Shown one piece after another: positions 16,307-26,788 of a DNA stretch of 64,000 nt; position 1 is the stretch's first letter, and each line of letters begins with the position of its first letter. Both the position numbers and the translations under genes were made by a program. Under the pieces are notes generated by a model. It saw only the letters and a list, made by a program, of their open reading frames with translations, made no database searches and was not told where the DNA came from. Source of the DNA: Myxococcota bacterium (lineage in GTDB: Bacteria > Myxococcota_A > UBA9160 > UBA4427); assembly GCA_965250285.1 (NCBI GenBank), contig OZ252299.1, positions 1,024,001 through 1,088,000 on the forward strand, in the 5' to 3' direction.

Positions 16307-18283
16307 TCAGAGGGCCTCGCCGGACACGATGTCGACGATGTCGCTCATGATCGCCGTGAGGTCGAAGTCCTTCGGCGTGTAGACCCGTCGCACGCCCGCC
16401 TCCTCGAGCTTCGCCGCGTCCTCGTCGGGGATGATGCCCCCGACCACGAGCGGAACGTCGCCCAGGCCCTCCTTGCGAAGCGCGTCGATGACATCGACGA
16501 CGAGCACCCCATGCGAGCCCGACAGAATCGACAGGCCGATCACGTGCACGCCCTCGTCCCGCGCCGACTGGACGATCTCATCGGGCGTCAGGCGGATGCC
16601 GTCGTACACCACCTCCATGCCGACGTCGCGGGCCTTCACGGCGATCTGCTCGGCGCCGTTGCTGTGCCCATCGAGGCCCGGCTTGCCGACGAGGATCTTG
16701 ACCCGACGGCCGAGCTTCTCGCTCGCCTGATCGACCCGCGCACGAACGGCATCGACGCTCTCGCTCGAGCTCGAGAGATCGACCGCCGAAACGCCGGTCG
16801 GGGCGCGGTATTCGCCGAAGAGCCGGCGCAGGGTGTCGGCCCACTCGCCGGTGGTGACGCCTGCTTTCGCGCACCCGATCGAGGCGGGCATGATCGACGT
16901 ACCGCCATTGATCGCGTCTTCGAGGTTCTGGAGCGCAGCCTGGACGTCGGCGTCGTTTCGCTTCGAGCGGAAGGCCCGCAGCCGTTCGATCTGATCGCGC
17001 TCGGCCGAGTCGTCGACCTTGAGGATCGAACCCTCGCCTTCGGCGGTCAGCGGCGACTCGACGGTCTCCTGATAGCAGTTCACGCCGACCACCTGAAGCT
17101 CACCGCTCTCGATCTCGCGCATGCGCCGCGTGTGCGACTCGACCAGCGCCTGCTTCATGTAGGCGTTCTCGACTGCGGCCACCGCGCCCCCCATGCCCAG
17201 GATCTTCTCGAGCTCTTCGGTCGCCTGCTGCTCGAGCTCGGCCGTGCGGCCCTCGACGACGTGCGACCCGTCGAAGATGTCGCCGTACTCGAGCAGGTCG
17301 GTCTCGTAGGCCATGATCTGCTGCGTGCGCAGCGAGAGCTGCTGATCCCAGGGGCGGGGCAGACCGAGCGCCTCGTTCCAGGCGGGCAGCTGCAGCGAGC
17401 GCGTGCGGGCGCGCTTGCTGAGCGTGACGCCCAGGGCCTCGAGCGCGATCCGCACGATGTTGTTCTCGGGCTGGCTCTCGGTGAGGCCGAGGCTGTTGAC
17501 CTGCACGCCGTAGCGGAAGCGCAGCATCTTCGCGTCGTCGATGCCGTAGCGCTCGCGTCCGATCTTCTCCCACATCGAGTTCATCGCGCGGCACTTGCAA
17601 ATCTCTTCGACGAAGCGGATGCCCGCGTTCAAGAAGAACGAGATGCGGCCGAACACGTTGCCGATGATCTCGTCCGGCACGTCGTCGCGGGCCTTCACGG
17701 CGTCGAGCACGCTCACCGCGTTGGCCATCGCGAACGCGATCTCCTGCACCGGCGTCGCGCCAGCCTCCTGCAGGTGATACGAGCAGACGTTCATCGGGTT
17801 CCACTTGGGGATCTCGTTCACCGTGTAGGCGACGATCTCGGAGGTGAGGCGCATCGAAGCCTGCGGCGGGAAGACGTACGTGCCCCGCGACAGATACTCC
17901 TTGATGATGTCGTTCTGGGTCGTGCCGGCGAGCTCGCTCTGGGCGACGCCCTGACGCTCGGCCGTCGCGACGTAGAGCGCGAGCAGCCAGGCCGCCGTCG
18001 CGTTGATCGTCATCGACGTGTTCATCTGGCCGAGCGGGATCTGGTCGAAGAGCGTCTCCATGTCGTCGATCGAGCACACGGGGACGCCGACCTTGCCGAC
18101 TTCGCCCCGGGCCAGCGGGTGATCGGCGTCGTAGCCGGTCTGTGTCGGCAGATCGAACGCCACCGAGAGACCGGTCTGCCCCTTGGCGAGGTTGCTGCGA
18201 TACAGCTCGTTGCTGGCGCGGGCGGAGGAGTGGCCGGAGTACGTGCGGATCAGCCAGGGGCGGTCGCGTCCTTCGCGGGTCAT
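16307..18283 (-). CDS. ecm: B12-dependent ethylmalonyl-CoA mutase (MeaA/Ecm)
   Basis: PWLIRTYSGHSSA..SNELYRSNLAKGQTGLSVAFDLPTQTGYD, FRYGVQVNSLGLTE, B12 motif GKPGLDGHSNGAEQ (Ecm/MeaA-type rather than MCM DGHDRG). Confidence 0.9.
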   Translation of the reverse strand: MTREGRDRPWLIRTYSGHSSARASNELYRSNLAKGQTGLSVAFDLPTQTGYDADHPLARGEVGKVGVPVCSIDDMETLFDQIPLGQMNTSMTINATAAWLLALYVATAERQGVAQSELAGTTQNDIIKEYLSRGTYVFPPQASMRLTSEIVAYTVNEIPKWNPMNVCSYHLQEAGATPVQEIAFAMANAVSVLDAVKARDDVPDEIIGNVFGRISFFLNAGIRFVEEICKCRAMNSMWEKIGRERYGIDDAKMLRFRYGVQVNSLGLTESQPENNIVRIALEALGVTLSKRARTRSLQLPAWNEALGLPRPWDQQLSLRTQQIMAYETDLLEYGDIFDGSHVVEGRTAELEQQATEELEKILGMGGAVAAVENAYMKQALVESHTRRMREIESGELQVVGVNCYQETVESPLTAEGEGSILKVDDSAERDQIERLRAFRSKRNDADVQAALQNLEDAINGGTSIMPASIGCAKAGVTTGEWADTLRRLFGEYRAPTGVSAVDLSSSSESVDAVRARVDQASEKLGRRVKILVGKPGLDGHSNGAEQIAVKARDVGMEVVYDGIRLTPDEIVQSARDEGVHVIGLSILSGSHGVLVVDVIDALRKEGLGDVPLVVGGIIPDEDAAKLEEAGVRRVYTPKDFDLTAIMSDIVDIVSGEAL

Positions 18284-18492
18284 CGGGGTCTCGCTTCTCT
18301 GTTCAGGGGGCGTGTTTGACGGGGTCGGTGGCTGCGCTCGACCCGAGCCGGGCGGGGTCGGCACGGGCGGATTCAGGCGGCTTGCGCCGCGGCTCGAAGC
18401 CGGCCGGGGGCCCGCCGCAAGTCGCCGTGGAAATTACCGAAATTGGCCCTCCTGAACAATTCGGCCCGGATCGCTGGGGTACCCTGCCGATC

Positions 18493-19542
18493 ATGTCGAT
18501 CGTGGACGACTTCTACGCCCTCTCCCCCGACTCGGTGCTCGAGGCGGTGGAGGGAGCGGGGCTCCCCACCACGGGCCACTGCTTCGCGCTGAACGCGCTC
18601 GAGAACCGCGTGTACGACGTGCGGCTCGAGGACGAGCGCCACGTCGTCGTCAAGTTCTATCGCCCTGAGCGCTGGAGCGCGGCCGCCATCGGCGAGGAGC
18701 ACGCGATGCTCCACGCGCTCGAAGCCGCCGAGATTCCCGTCTGCGTGCCCCTCCGCTTCGACGATGGCTCGACGCTCCGATCGCTGCGGGGCATCCACTT
18801 TGCGATCTGGCCGCGCACGGGAGGGCGTTCGCCCGATGAGTTCTCGGACGACGAGCTCGCCCTGCTCGGGCGCCTGCTCGCGCGGATCCACGACACCGCC
18901 GACGGGCTGAAGCTCGAGCACCGCCCCGTGCTCGACCCCGAGTCGGTCCCGCTGCGAGCGCTCGAGGCGCTCGATGCCGGCGGGTTCTTGCCGCCCTCGG
19001 TCGACGCGCGGTACCACACGCTCGTCGAGTCGATCGTCGCGATCTATCGCGAGCGCGCGAACGGTGTGCCGCTGCAACCGATCCACGGCGACTGTCACGC
19101 CGGCAACCTGCTGCGCGATCGCGACCGCTGGTTCTTCCTCGATTTCGACGACATGGTGGTCGGCCCCGCCGTCCAGGACGTCTGGATGCTGCTCCCCGGT
19201 CGTGACTCGGAAGCCGCGAGGCAGCGCGCGCATCTCGTCGATGCCTATCGCGCCTTCCGTCCCTTCGACGATCGGTGGTTCGATCTCATCGAGCCGCTGC
19301 GCGCCTTCCGCTACGTCTTCTACGCCGGCTGGATCGCGCGTCGATGGGACGACCCGTGCTTCCCCGACGCCTTCCCGCACTTCGGGACCGAGGACTACTG
19401 GGTGCGAGAGACCCAGGATCTCGAAGATCAGCTGCACGTGATCGAAGGCGGGCGGCTTCCGATGCCGGACGACGACGAGTCGACGCCGAGCGAGGGTGAA
19501 GAGCGCGAACTCACCAACGCCGACTTCTTCTGGGATCTGTGA
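18493..19542 (+). CDS. srkA: Stress response Ser/Thr kinase SrkA (RdoA/YihE)
   Basis: LNALENRVY, VVKFYRPERWS, IHGDCHAGN, LDFDD, GPAVQDVWML, WIARRWDDPCFPDAFPHF. Confidence 0.9.
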   Translation: MSIVDDFYALSPDSVLEAVEGAGLPTTGHCFALNALENRVYDVRLEDERHVVVKFYRPERWSAAAIGEEHAMLHALEAAEIPVCVPLRFDDGSTLRSLRGIHFAIWPRTGGRSPDEFSDDELALLGRLLARIHDTADGLKLEHRPVLDPESVPLRALEALDAGGFLPPSVDARYHTLVESIVAIYRERANGVPLQPIHGDCHAGNLLRDRDRWFFLDFDDMVVGPAVQDVWMLLPGRDSEAARQRAHLVDAYRAFRPFDDRWFDLIEPLRAFRYVFYAGWIARRWDDPCFPDAFPHFGTEDYWVRETQDLEDQLHVIEGGRLPMPDDDESTPSEGEERELTNADFFWDL

Positions 19543-19569
19543 GGCGAAGCCCGTCGCGGCAAGCCGACG

Positions 19570-21222
19570 CTATTCGATCGTCAGCGCGCTCGGCAGAAAG
19601 CTGGTCTGCCCGTCCGGGTTCACCAGCGTCACGTCGTACACGCCCGGCACCACCTGGCCCTTGATGATCGCGGCCGTGATCTCCGTGTCGTCGACGAACT
19701 GCTCGCCGATCGCCTCGTAGGTGAAGCCCGGGTTCGAGAGCGTGATGTCGGGGGTCGGCTCGAAGCCGGCGCCGAAGAGCCGAATCGTCTGGAAGGCGGC
19801 CGTCACGCTCGGCGGGTCGAGCGCGTCGAGCGTCGGCGGCGGGAGGATCGCGGTGACCTCGGCAGCCAGTACGACGCGGTCTCGGAGATACGCGTGGTTC
19901 AGCGGTCGGAACTCGGCCGGCGCGTGTCCCGACATCGCGGTCAGCTCAGCGAACGAGAACTGACCGCCGTGGTTCATGAGCCATGTTTCGCTCGGCGGCG
20001 AACCGTCGGGCATCTCGTTGTGGGCGTAGCGTGCACCGGCGTCGCCGCCGTAGAGGCCCACGCCGGGCGCGCTCTCGGGCACGAGGCCGAGCGCGTGCCC
20101 CGCCTCGTGCGCCAGGACCGTGCCCATGGCCTGGGAGAACGAGCGGACGGCGTCGCTCACCTGCACGTGGCGGGCGAGGGCGGCCGGCGAAGCTGGCGTC
20201 ACTGCGGGGTCGAACGTCGGATCGAGCACCTGGGCATCGTCGGCGTGCATCCCCACCGGTGTGCCGCCCGCGGCGGGCCGAAGTGGGTCGATCGTGGTCT
20301 GGAACTCGGCCTGCCCGGCGTACATCACGATCTCGCGCGGATACACGCCGGTCGGCGGGATCGTCCCGCATTCGGCCATGGCGCGCTGTGCGTTGTTCCG
20401 GTCGAGGAGCACGTTCCCGAGCGTGTTGCCCCCGGTCGGATCCTCGCCCCCGACGCAGATGCGCGTCGTGTCCGGCAAGCCGAGGTCGGTGGCGGAGAAG
20501 CCGACCGCGATCGGGTCGGGGCCTTCGATGCGGGCCGGATTCGAGCCGGCATAGACCTCGCGGACGCGTTCGAGGATGTCAGTGATGATCCAGTTGCGGA
20601 CGGCCGCGTTCATCCACGCCGGTGCGGTGTTGGAGGCGAAGCCCAGCAGCTCGAGGTCGACGTCGAAATCGGCCCCCGGCGTCGCGTCGCGGTCGACGTC
20701 GAAGTCGAACCAGATCTGCTGGCCTGTGCCAATCGGCACGATGCCGTGCTCGAAGTCGCGCACGACGAATGAGTACCGGGCTTGCGCCGACTTGCCCTCC
20801 ACGTCGTTCAAGGTCGCGTAGACGGTGTGGCTGCCTTCGGACAGGGCGCGCTGCTCGGGCACGATCAGCCAGGCCCCGTCGGGCCCGTCGACGAAATCGC
20901 GCAGGATCTCGACTCCGCCGCTCCAGCCGGCCAGCGTGACCGAGAGGCTGTCGGGATCGATCGGGGCGTCCGTCTGGTCCCAGTCGACGTTGACGACGAA
21001 CCCGCTCGGCGGAACGATGAGCGTCGCGTTCGTCTCGTCCGAGATGCCGTTCAGCGTCACGCGCACGATCGGCGGGTTCGAGCCCGAACCCGCGCCCGGA
21101 TCGGAGCCGTCCGGCGGGACGCAGGTCGGTCCGAGGATCGCGAAGAAGGGCAGGGTCAGGGCCGCGAGCAGAAGTCTGAGGGCACTTGACTGACGCGTTC
21201 GAGCCGCATCGGCCGTCTGCAC
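19570..21222 (-). CDS. Exported protein with Ig-like region, zinc-metallopeptidase motif and C-terminal IPT/TIG-like domain
   Basis: Signal-like LLLAALTLPFFAILGPTC, AHEAGHALGL (HExxH), WLMNHGG (Met-turn-like), C-terminal GVYDVTLVNPDGQTSFLPSALTI. GTG start after ggag. Confidence 0.7.
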   Translation of the reverse strand: MQTADAARTRQSSALRLLLAALTLPFFAILGPTCVPPDGSDPGAGSGSNPPIVRVTLNGISDETNATLIVPPSGFVVNVDWDQTDAPIDPDSLSVTLAGWSGGVEILRDFVDGPDGAWLIVPEQRALSEGSHTVYATLNDVEGKSAQARYSFVVRDFEHGIVPIGTGQQIWFDFDVDRDATPGADFDVDLELLGFASNTAPAWMNAAVRNWIITDILERVREVYAGSNPARIEGPDPIAVGFSATDLGLPDTTRICVGGEDPTGGNTLGNVLLDRNNAQRAMAECGTIPPTGVYPREIVMYAGQAEFQTTIDPLRPAAGGTPVGMHADDAQVLDPTFDPAVTPASPAALARHVQVSDAVRSFSQAMGTVLAHEAGHALGLVPESAPGVGLYGGDAGARYAHNEMPDGSPPSETWLMNHGGQFSFAELTAMSGHAPAEFRPLNHAYLRDRVVLAAEVTAILPPPTLDALDPPSVTAAFQTIRLFGAGFEPTPDITLSNPGFTYEAIGEQFVDDTEITAAIIKGQVVPGVYDVTLVNPDGQTSFLPSALTIE

Positions 21223-21279
21223 GGTGATCTCCGGGGGGCGCGGGCGAGCGCCGGGGGGTGACGCCCTGATGCTGCGCAC

Positions 21280-21487
21280 GCGCGCTCGTCGAGTCAAGGT
21301 GATCAAGCCATGACCGAGCAGCATGGCGGTGCCGGGCACCGGGATCGAGATGAGGGTGCCGATGGTCGGGCCGGAGACGTCGTGCAGCTCGACCGGGGCG
21401 CCTCGTTCGCGAACGACGGGCAGGTCGCGACGGTCGAACACACGGGCCCGCGCAGACCATCGTGAGGGCGACCGCTCTCGTGGCCAC
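21280..21487 (-). pseudogene. Possible remnant of a PEP-CTERM-type sorting-signal gene
   Basis: IPVPGTAMLLGHGLITLTRRAR (21345-21280) resembles VPEP + TM + basic tail. A signal-like MATRAVALTMVCAG lies upstream in a different frame. Confidence 0.3.
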
Positions 21488-21611
21488 GCCTCACCCGCGG
21501 ACAGGCTCGATCATCCGCGCTTCTTCTCGTGCTCCCGCGTAGGACCGATCCGCGGCGGCCATACCGCGGAAGAACCGAAGGCTCGTTCGCCTGGAGCGGA
21601 CAGGGAGACGC

Positions 21612-22826
21612 CTACGGGTCGTTCGGGTCGGGCTCGTCCGGGTCGGGTGCCGCCCAGATCCGTGAGAGCAGCTCGCTCGATGCGTGGGCGGGGCCGAGGG
21701 CCGGGGCACGCTCGCCCGCGAGCGGCAGCTGGGCCACGCCGAGCGCGTCGCCCGTCTCGTCGAGCACGACATAGACCCCCTCGCCGACGAGCGCACGCCG
21801 GGCCTCGCCCTCGATCTCGAGCGTTCGGCCCGCCTCTCCGGCTCGCCGCTCGCGGAAGGGCAGCGGTCGACCGGGTAGGGTCTCGGCCGCGTCGACCAGG
21901 CCGATCGCGCGCAGCAGGGTGGGGGCGACATCGATCTGGCTCACGGGCGTGCGAATCACGCGCGAGACGCCGCGCCCGCTCCCGACCCGTGGTGGCCGCC
22001 ACAGCATCGGAACCCGCGTCCCTACTGGCTCGAGGTCGAGCGCTGCGTCGCGTGCGGGCAGGCCGGTCACGAGGATCGCCGGCGGGTCGGCTCGGGCGTC
22101 GAGCACGGCGATCAACCGCGCGAGCTCGCGGTCGACGCGGGCGAGGCGCTCGGCGCTCGAAGGCGGCGCGGCGCCGCTCGCCGGCTCGGCCTCGCCCAGG
22201 TGGACCCAGGCGAGAAAGGGGGAGGGCGCGACCGCCAGCCACTGCGCGGCTCGGTGGGCCGTCGTCGAGGCCGGCCCCGACGGATCGAGCGGCGGCGGCG
22301 AGCTCGGTTCGACGGAGGAGGGCCGGGGCGCGCCGCCGTCGTCGAAGCGGTCGAAGCCCTGATCGAAGTGGCGTGAGCGGTTGAGGGCGGGGTTGGTCAC
22401 GAACGCGGCGCTCGCGTAGCCCGCACGCTGCGCGTGCTCGGCGAGCGTCTCGCCGTCGTTACGCAGGAAGCTCGCCGCCGAAGCGTCGACGCCATGGGAT
22501 TCGGGCGGGAGTCCCGTCAGCAGCGTGGCCATCGCGGGTTCGGGCGCACCCGAGGCGGCGAAGGCCCAGACGAATCGGCTGCCGTAGTCGCCGACGGAGC
22601 AGAGGTCGCGACCCACGTCTTCGGCGCCGCCGTGGCAGGCCAACGCCTCGACCGGCACGTCGCCGAGGGTGATCAGGACGAGATCCGGTCGCGCGATCTC
22701 GCTGCCGGAGCAGGCCAGCTGAGACAGTGCGAGCAGCGCGCCGAGCCAGGCCGCGGCGACGCGTCCGCGTGCGGATGTACGCGCACGCTCCGAGCGGCCT
22801 GCCTGGCGATCGCCGTCGCGGTGCAT
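21612..22826 (-). CDS. Sulfatase-like (alkaline phosphatase superfamily) exported protein, catalytic motif degenerate
   Basis: Lipoprotein-like LSQLAC, PDLVLITL, ATLLTGLPPESHGV, TLAE..AGYASAAFV, FDQGFDRFD, VSQIDVAPTLL. Confidence 0.75.
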   Translation of the reverse strand: MHRDGDRQAGRSERARTSARGRVAAAWLGALLALSQLACSGSEIARPDLVLITLGDVPVEALACHGGAEDVGRDLCSVGDYGSRFVWAFAASGAPEPAMATLLTGLPPESHGVDASAASFLRNDGETLAEHAQRAGYASAAFVTNPALNRSRHFDQGFDRFDDGGAPRPSSVEPSSPPPLDPSGPASTTAHRAAQWLAVAPSPFLAWVHLGEAEPASGAAPPSSAERLARVDRELARLIAVLDARADPPAILVTGLPARDAALDLEPVGTRVPMLWRPPRVGSGRGVSRVIRTPVSQIDVAPTLLRAIGLVDAAETLPGRPLPFRERRAGEAGRTLEIEGEARRALVGEGVYVVLDETGDALGVAQLPLAGERAPALGPAHASSELLSRIWAAPDPDEPDPNDP

Positions 22827-22953
22827 GCCGCAGGGTGTAGCGAATCGCTTCGCCCCAGGCGGTCCGCGCACCGCGGCGAGCTCGGTTCGGGCGTGCGCTA
22901 ACCTCCGCCGCTCCTCGCGCCCCGGGGACCCACCCCACTCAGAGGCTTCGACC

Positions 22954-23910
22954 ATGCCCGACGCCGGTTCGACCCCGCTGGATCTCCCCGAGGATCTCGA
23001 GTCCGCGATCCTTGCGCTGAAGAACGAGCGCAACGCGCTGATCCTCGCGCACTACTACCAAGAGGACGAGATCCAGGATCTCGCCGACGTCGTCGGCGAC
23101 AGCCTGGCGCTCGCGAAGGCCGCCCAGGGCGCCGACTGCGAGGTGATCGCGTTCTGCGGCGTCCACTTCATGGCCGAGACCGCTGCGATCCTGAATCCCG
23201 ACAAGCCGGTCGTGGTGCCCGACCTCGACGCCGGTTGCTCGCTGGCCGATGGCTGCAAGGCCGAAGATCTGCAGGCCTTCCTCGACGAGCACCCGGGCGC
23301 CAAGCTGCTCAGCTACATCAACTGCTCGGCCGAGGTGAAGGCGATGAGTGATCTCATCTGCACCTCGTCGAACGCGAAGCGCATGGCCGACCACTTCGCG
23401 GGCGAGAAGCTGGTCTTCGCCCCCGACCGCCACCTCGCGCGCTGGGTCGGCAAGGAGACCGGGCGCGACGACCTGATCGTGTGGCCCGGCGCGTGTGTGG
23501 TGCACGAGCAGTTCAGTGCCAAGCGACTGGCTCAGCTGCGCGTACAGCACCCCGAAGCCGAGGTGCTGGCTCACCCCGAGTGCGATCAGGCGGTGCTCGA
23601 CCAGGCCGACTTCATCGCCTCGACGACGGGCATCATCGATCGCGCGCTGCAGGATCCCGAGCGCATGGCGATCGTCGCGACGGAGGACGGCGTCTTCCAC
23701 TCGATTCTGCAGCAGGCTCCGAACAAGCCGCTGATCCAGGCGCCGGGCATCGACGAGAGCTGCGCATGCAATCAGTGCCCGTTCATGCGCCTGAACACGC
23801 TCGAGAAGCTGTATCTCGCGCTCCGCGATCTCGAGCCCCGGGTGACGGTGCCCGAGGCGATCCGGGTCAAGGCGTTGAAGCCGATCGAGCTGATGCTCGA
23901 GTTGAGCTGA
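22954..23910 (+). CDS. nadA: Quinolinate synthase
   Basis: ILAHYYQ, GDSLAL, FCGVHFMAETA, GCSLAD, YINCSAEVKA, AHPEC, CPFM. Confidence 0.95.
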   Translation: MPDAGSTPLDLPEDLESAILALKNERNALILAHYYQEDEIQDLADVVGDSLALAKAAQGADCEVIAFCGVHFMAETAAILNPDKPVVVPDLDAGCSLADGCKAEDLQAFLDEHPGAKLLSYINCSAEVKAMSDLICTSSNAKRMADHFAGEKLVFAPDRHLARWVGKETGRDDLIVWPGACVVHEQFSAKRLAQLRVQHPEAEVLAHPECDQAVLDQADFIASTTGIIDRALQDPERMAIVATEDGVFHSILQQAPNKPLIQAPGIDESCACNQCPFMRLNTLEKLYLALRDLEPRVTVPEAIRVKALKPIELMLELS

Positions 23911-23978
23911 AGCGCGGCGGCGTCCGCGGCGCGCTGTCGCCCGTCGTCGGTCTGACGCGTCGATCTTTGGCGCGTCGA

Positions 23979-24716
23979 TCACGGTGCGTCGATCAGCGCC
24001 GCGGCGACCGCGAGCCCCGCCATCGCCGCCGTCTCGGTGCGCAGGATCGTCGCGCCCAGCGACGCGCGCACTGCGCCGCGCTGTTCGCACGCCTCGGCCT
24101 CGGCTTCGTCGAAGCCGCCCTCCGGCCCGACGACCAGAGAGAGGGTCTCGGGCGCCTCGCTCAGCGCGACCGCGACGGCCCGCGCGATCGGCTGAGCGCG
24201 CTCGTGCGGATCGAGCATGAGGCACGGGCCGGTGCGCGTTTCGCGCCCCACGAACTGGGCCGGCGTCGTCTCCGGCAATCGTTCCGGCAGCCAGGCGTTT
24301 CGGCTCTGCTTGCAGGCCGAGATCGCGACGCGCTGCCAGCGTTCATCGGCGTTTCGGCCCGGTCGGGCGACGGAGCGGCTGCACTCGAGCGGCGCCCAGG
24401 CCGCCACACCGAGCTGGGTCGCCATCGAGACGAGCGTCGATTGTCGATCGCCCTTCGGCAGCGCCACCCCGAGCCGCAGGGCGGGGCGCGGTGCGGCGCG
24501 AGACTCCACCGACTCGACCCGCGCGGCGAGCTGCTTGCGCGTCGAGCCGGCTTCGAGCCGCGCGCGAGCCACCTGGCCACGTCCGTCGAAGAGCACGACG
24601 TGATCTCCGGCCGAGAGCCGACGCGCGCCGCTTGCGTGCCGCGCCTCTTCGGCGTCGAGCACGGCGACGGCGCCCTCGTTGGGCAGCGGGTCGAGGTGCA
24701 GCCAGGCGTGGCTCAC
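23979..24716 (-). CDS. rsmE: 16S rRNA m3U1498 methyltransferase
   Basis: [37 protein letters not shown]. Confidence 0.9.
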   Translation of the reverse strand: MSHAWLHLDPLPNEGAVAVLDAEEARHASGARRLSAGDHVVLFDGRGQVARARLEAGSTRKQLAARVESVESRAAPRPALRLGVALPKGDRQSTLVSMATQLGVAAWAPLECSRSVARPGRNADERWQRVAISACKQSRNAWLPERLPETTPAQFVGRETRTGPCLMLDPHERAQPIARAVAVALSEAPETLSLVVGPEGGFDEAEAEACEQRGAVRASLGATILRTETAAMAGLAVAAALIDAP

Positions 24717-25591
24717 AATCCGCGCAGCCACTCCGAAACGCCGCGCCCGATCTCGTCGGGCGAGTCCTCCTGGATGAAGTGCGAGCCCGCGACTTCGATC
24801 TCGGTCTGGTTGGGCCAGCTGCGGCAGGTCTCGCGTGCGGCCCCGCGCAGGATCGCGCCCGGCTTCGCGTTGACGAACAGCTTCGGCACCGCGCTCTCAC
24901 CGAGCCAGTTCGCGTAGTCCGTCACGATCTCGACCACGTCGGCGGGCTCGCCCTCGATCGGGATCTGTCGCGGCCAGGTGAGGGTCGGGCGTCGCGATTC
25001 GCCCGGCTCGGCGAAGGGGCGCCGATACTCGTCCATCTCGGCCGGCTCGAGGGTGCGCAGGATCGCGCCGGGTAGGACGGCTTCGATGAACAGGTTCTGC
25101 TCGAGCACCATGTCTTCGCCCTTCTCGGAGCGAAAACCCTGGAAGACGGGGCGCACCGGCGGCGGCCAGTCGTCCCAGCTCTCGATGGGGGCCACGATCG
25201 CCTCCATGTAGGCGATGCCCTTGATCGCGTCGCGGTGGCGATTCGCCCAGTCGAAGCCGAGGGCGGAGCCCCAGTCGTGGATCACCAGCGTCACGTTCTC
25301 GCGTACCCCGGCCGATTCGAGGAGCGCGTCGAGGTAGCGACGATGCTCGACGAAGCGGTACGAATCCACACCCACGTCGTCGAGCTTCTCGCTGTCGCCC
25401 ATCCCGATCAGGTCGGGTGCGATGCACCGCCCCTGCTCCTCGAGGTGGGGCATGACGTTGCGCCAGAGGTACGACGACGTCGGGTTGCCGTGCAGGAACA
25501 CGATCGGATCGCCCTGGCCGAACTCGACGTAGGCCATCTGCTTGCCGAGGACTTCGGCGCTCTTCTTCGGGTGGGGCTCGACGCGAGACAT
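24713..25591 (-). CDS. Haloalkane dehalogenase (LinB/DhaA type)
   Basis: [21 protein letters not shown] nucleophile, [22 protein letters not shown]. Confidence 0.92.
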   Translation of the reverse strand: MSRVEPHPKKSAEVLGKQMAYVEFGQGDPIVFLHGNPTSSYLWRNVMPHLEEQGRCIAPDLIGMGDSEKLDDVGVDSYRFVEHRRYLDALLESAGVRENVTLVIHDWGSALGFDWANRHRDAIKGIAYMEAIVAPIESWDDWPPPVRPVFQGFRSEKGEDMVLEQNLFIEAVLPGAILRTLEPAEMDEYRRPFAEPGESRRPTLTWPRQIPIEGEPADVVEIVTDYANWLGESAVPKLFVNAKPGAILRGAARETCRSWPNQTEIEVAGSHFIQEDSPDEIGRGVSEWLRGL

Positions 25592-25664
25592 GGGGATTCC
25601 TTTCGTTCCGTGAAATCGTGGGTGCCCGAGATCGCGCGTGCCGGTGGGGCCGATGGGGCTGATG

Positions 25665-26681
25665 TCAGCGGCGACGCAGCTCGGTGAGGACCGCCGAGGC
25701 GCCGAGGCCGCGGACGGGATGAGGTTCGTAAGGGGCTTCGAGCTGGTCGATCTCGTCGGCCGAGAGATCGACGTCGAGCGAGGCGATCGCGGCATCGAGG
25801 TGCGGCAGCTTGGTCGCACCGATGATGGGCGCCGTGATGCCCGGCTTCGAGCGCAGCCAGGCCAGCGCGATCTGCGCGGGCTCGACGCCGCGGGCGTCGG
25901 CGACATCGCGCACGGCCTCGACCACGGCCCAGTCGGAAGCCTGTTGATAGAGATGCTGCGAGAGTCGATCGGTCTCGGCGCGCCGTGTCGAGGCCTGATC
26001 GTCGAGGGCGGTTCGGCCGCCGGCGAGCAGGCCGCGCGCGAGGGGCGACCACGGGATCACGCCGACGCGCTCGGCCTCGCAGAGCGGCAGCATCTCGCGC
26101 TCCTCTTCGCGGTAGACCAGGTTGTAGTGATTCTGCATGGTGGCGAAGCGGGCGAGACCGCGTCGGTCGCTGATGCCGAGCGCACGCGCGAACTCCCAGG
26201 CATAGCAGCTGCTCGCGCCGAGAAAGCGCACCTTCCCTTGGCGCACGAGCAGGTCGAGCGCCTCGAGGGTCTCTTCGAGCGGTGTCTCGGGATCGAGTCG
26301 GTGCACCTGGTAGAGGTCGATCGTGTCGACGCCGAGCCGTCGCAGGCTGGCCTCGCAGGCCTGCTGAATGTGCTTGCGCCCGAGGCCGCCCATGTTCGGG
26401 CGTTTGGCGGTCGGAAAGAACACCTTGGTCGCGATCACGATCTCATCGCGGTTCGCGTACTTGGCGAGCAGGCGTCCCGTGACCTCCTCGCTCTGGCCGA
26501 GCGAGTACATGTCGGCCGTATCGAAGAAGTTGATCCCGGCTTCGATGGCGCGGCGGAAGAAGGGCGCGGCTGCGGCTTCGTCGAGCACCCAGGGGCGCCA
26601 GTCGGGTGAGCCGTAGCTCATGCAACCGAGGCAGAGCGGCGACACGCTCATGCCCGTGGTGCCGAGGGGCTGGTAATCCAT
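25665..26681 (-). CDS. Aldo/keto reductase
   Basis: [48 protein letters not shown]. Confidence 0.93.
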   Translation of the reverse strand: MDYQPLGTTGMSVSPLCLGCMSYGSPDWRPWVLDEAAAAPFFRRAIEAGINFFDTADMYSLGQSEEVTGRLLAKYANRDEIVIATKVFFPTAKRPNMGGLGRKHIQQACEASLRRLGVDTIDLYQVHRLDPETPLEETLEALDLLVRQGKVRFLGASSCYAWEFARALGISDRRGLARFATMQNHYNLVYREEEREMLPLCEAERVGVIPWSPLARGLLAGGRTALDDQASTRRAETDRLSQHLYQQASDWAVVEAVRDVADARGVEPAQIALAWLRSKPGITAPIIGATKLPHLDAAIASLDVDLSADEIDQLEAPYEPHPVRGLGASAVLTELRRR

Positions 26682-26788
26682 CCCGCGAGCATAGAGGGCC
26701 GAATCGACAACCGCCGCGGAATGAGGGGCGGGTTGAGGGGGCAGCCGCCCCCGTTGAACCCGGTGGCCAGCCGCGGAACCCTCTCGGG

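Noticed and set aside
18425..18470. AT-richer patch with gaaatt direct repeat between divergent ecm and srkA
   Set aside because: Probably promoter sequence, but too short to assign a regulator or a B12 riboswitch. No cobalamin riboswitch consensus was seen.
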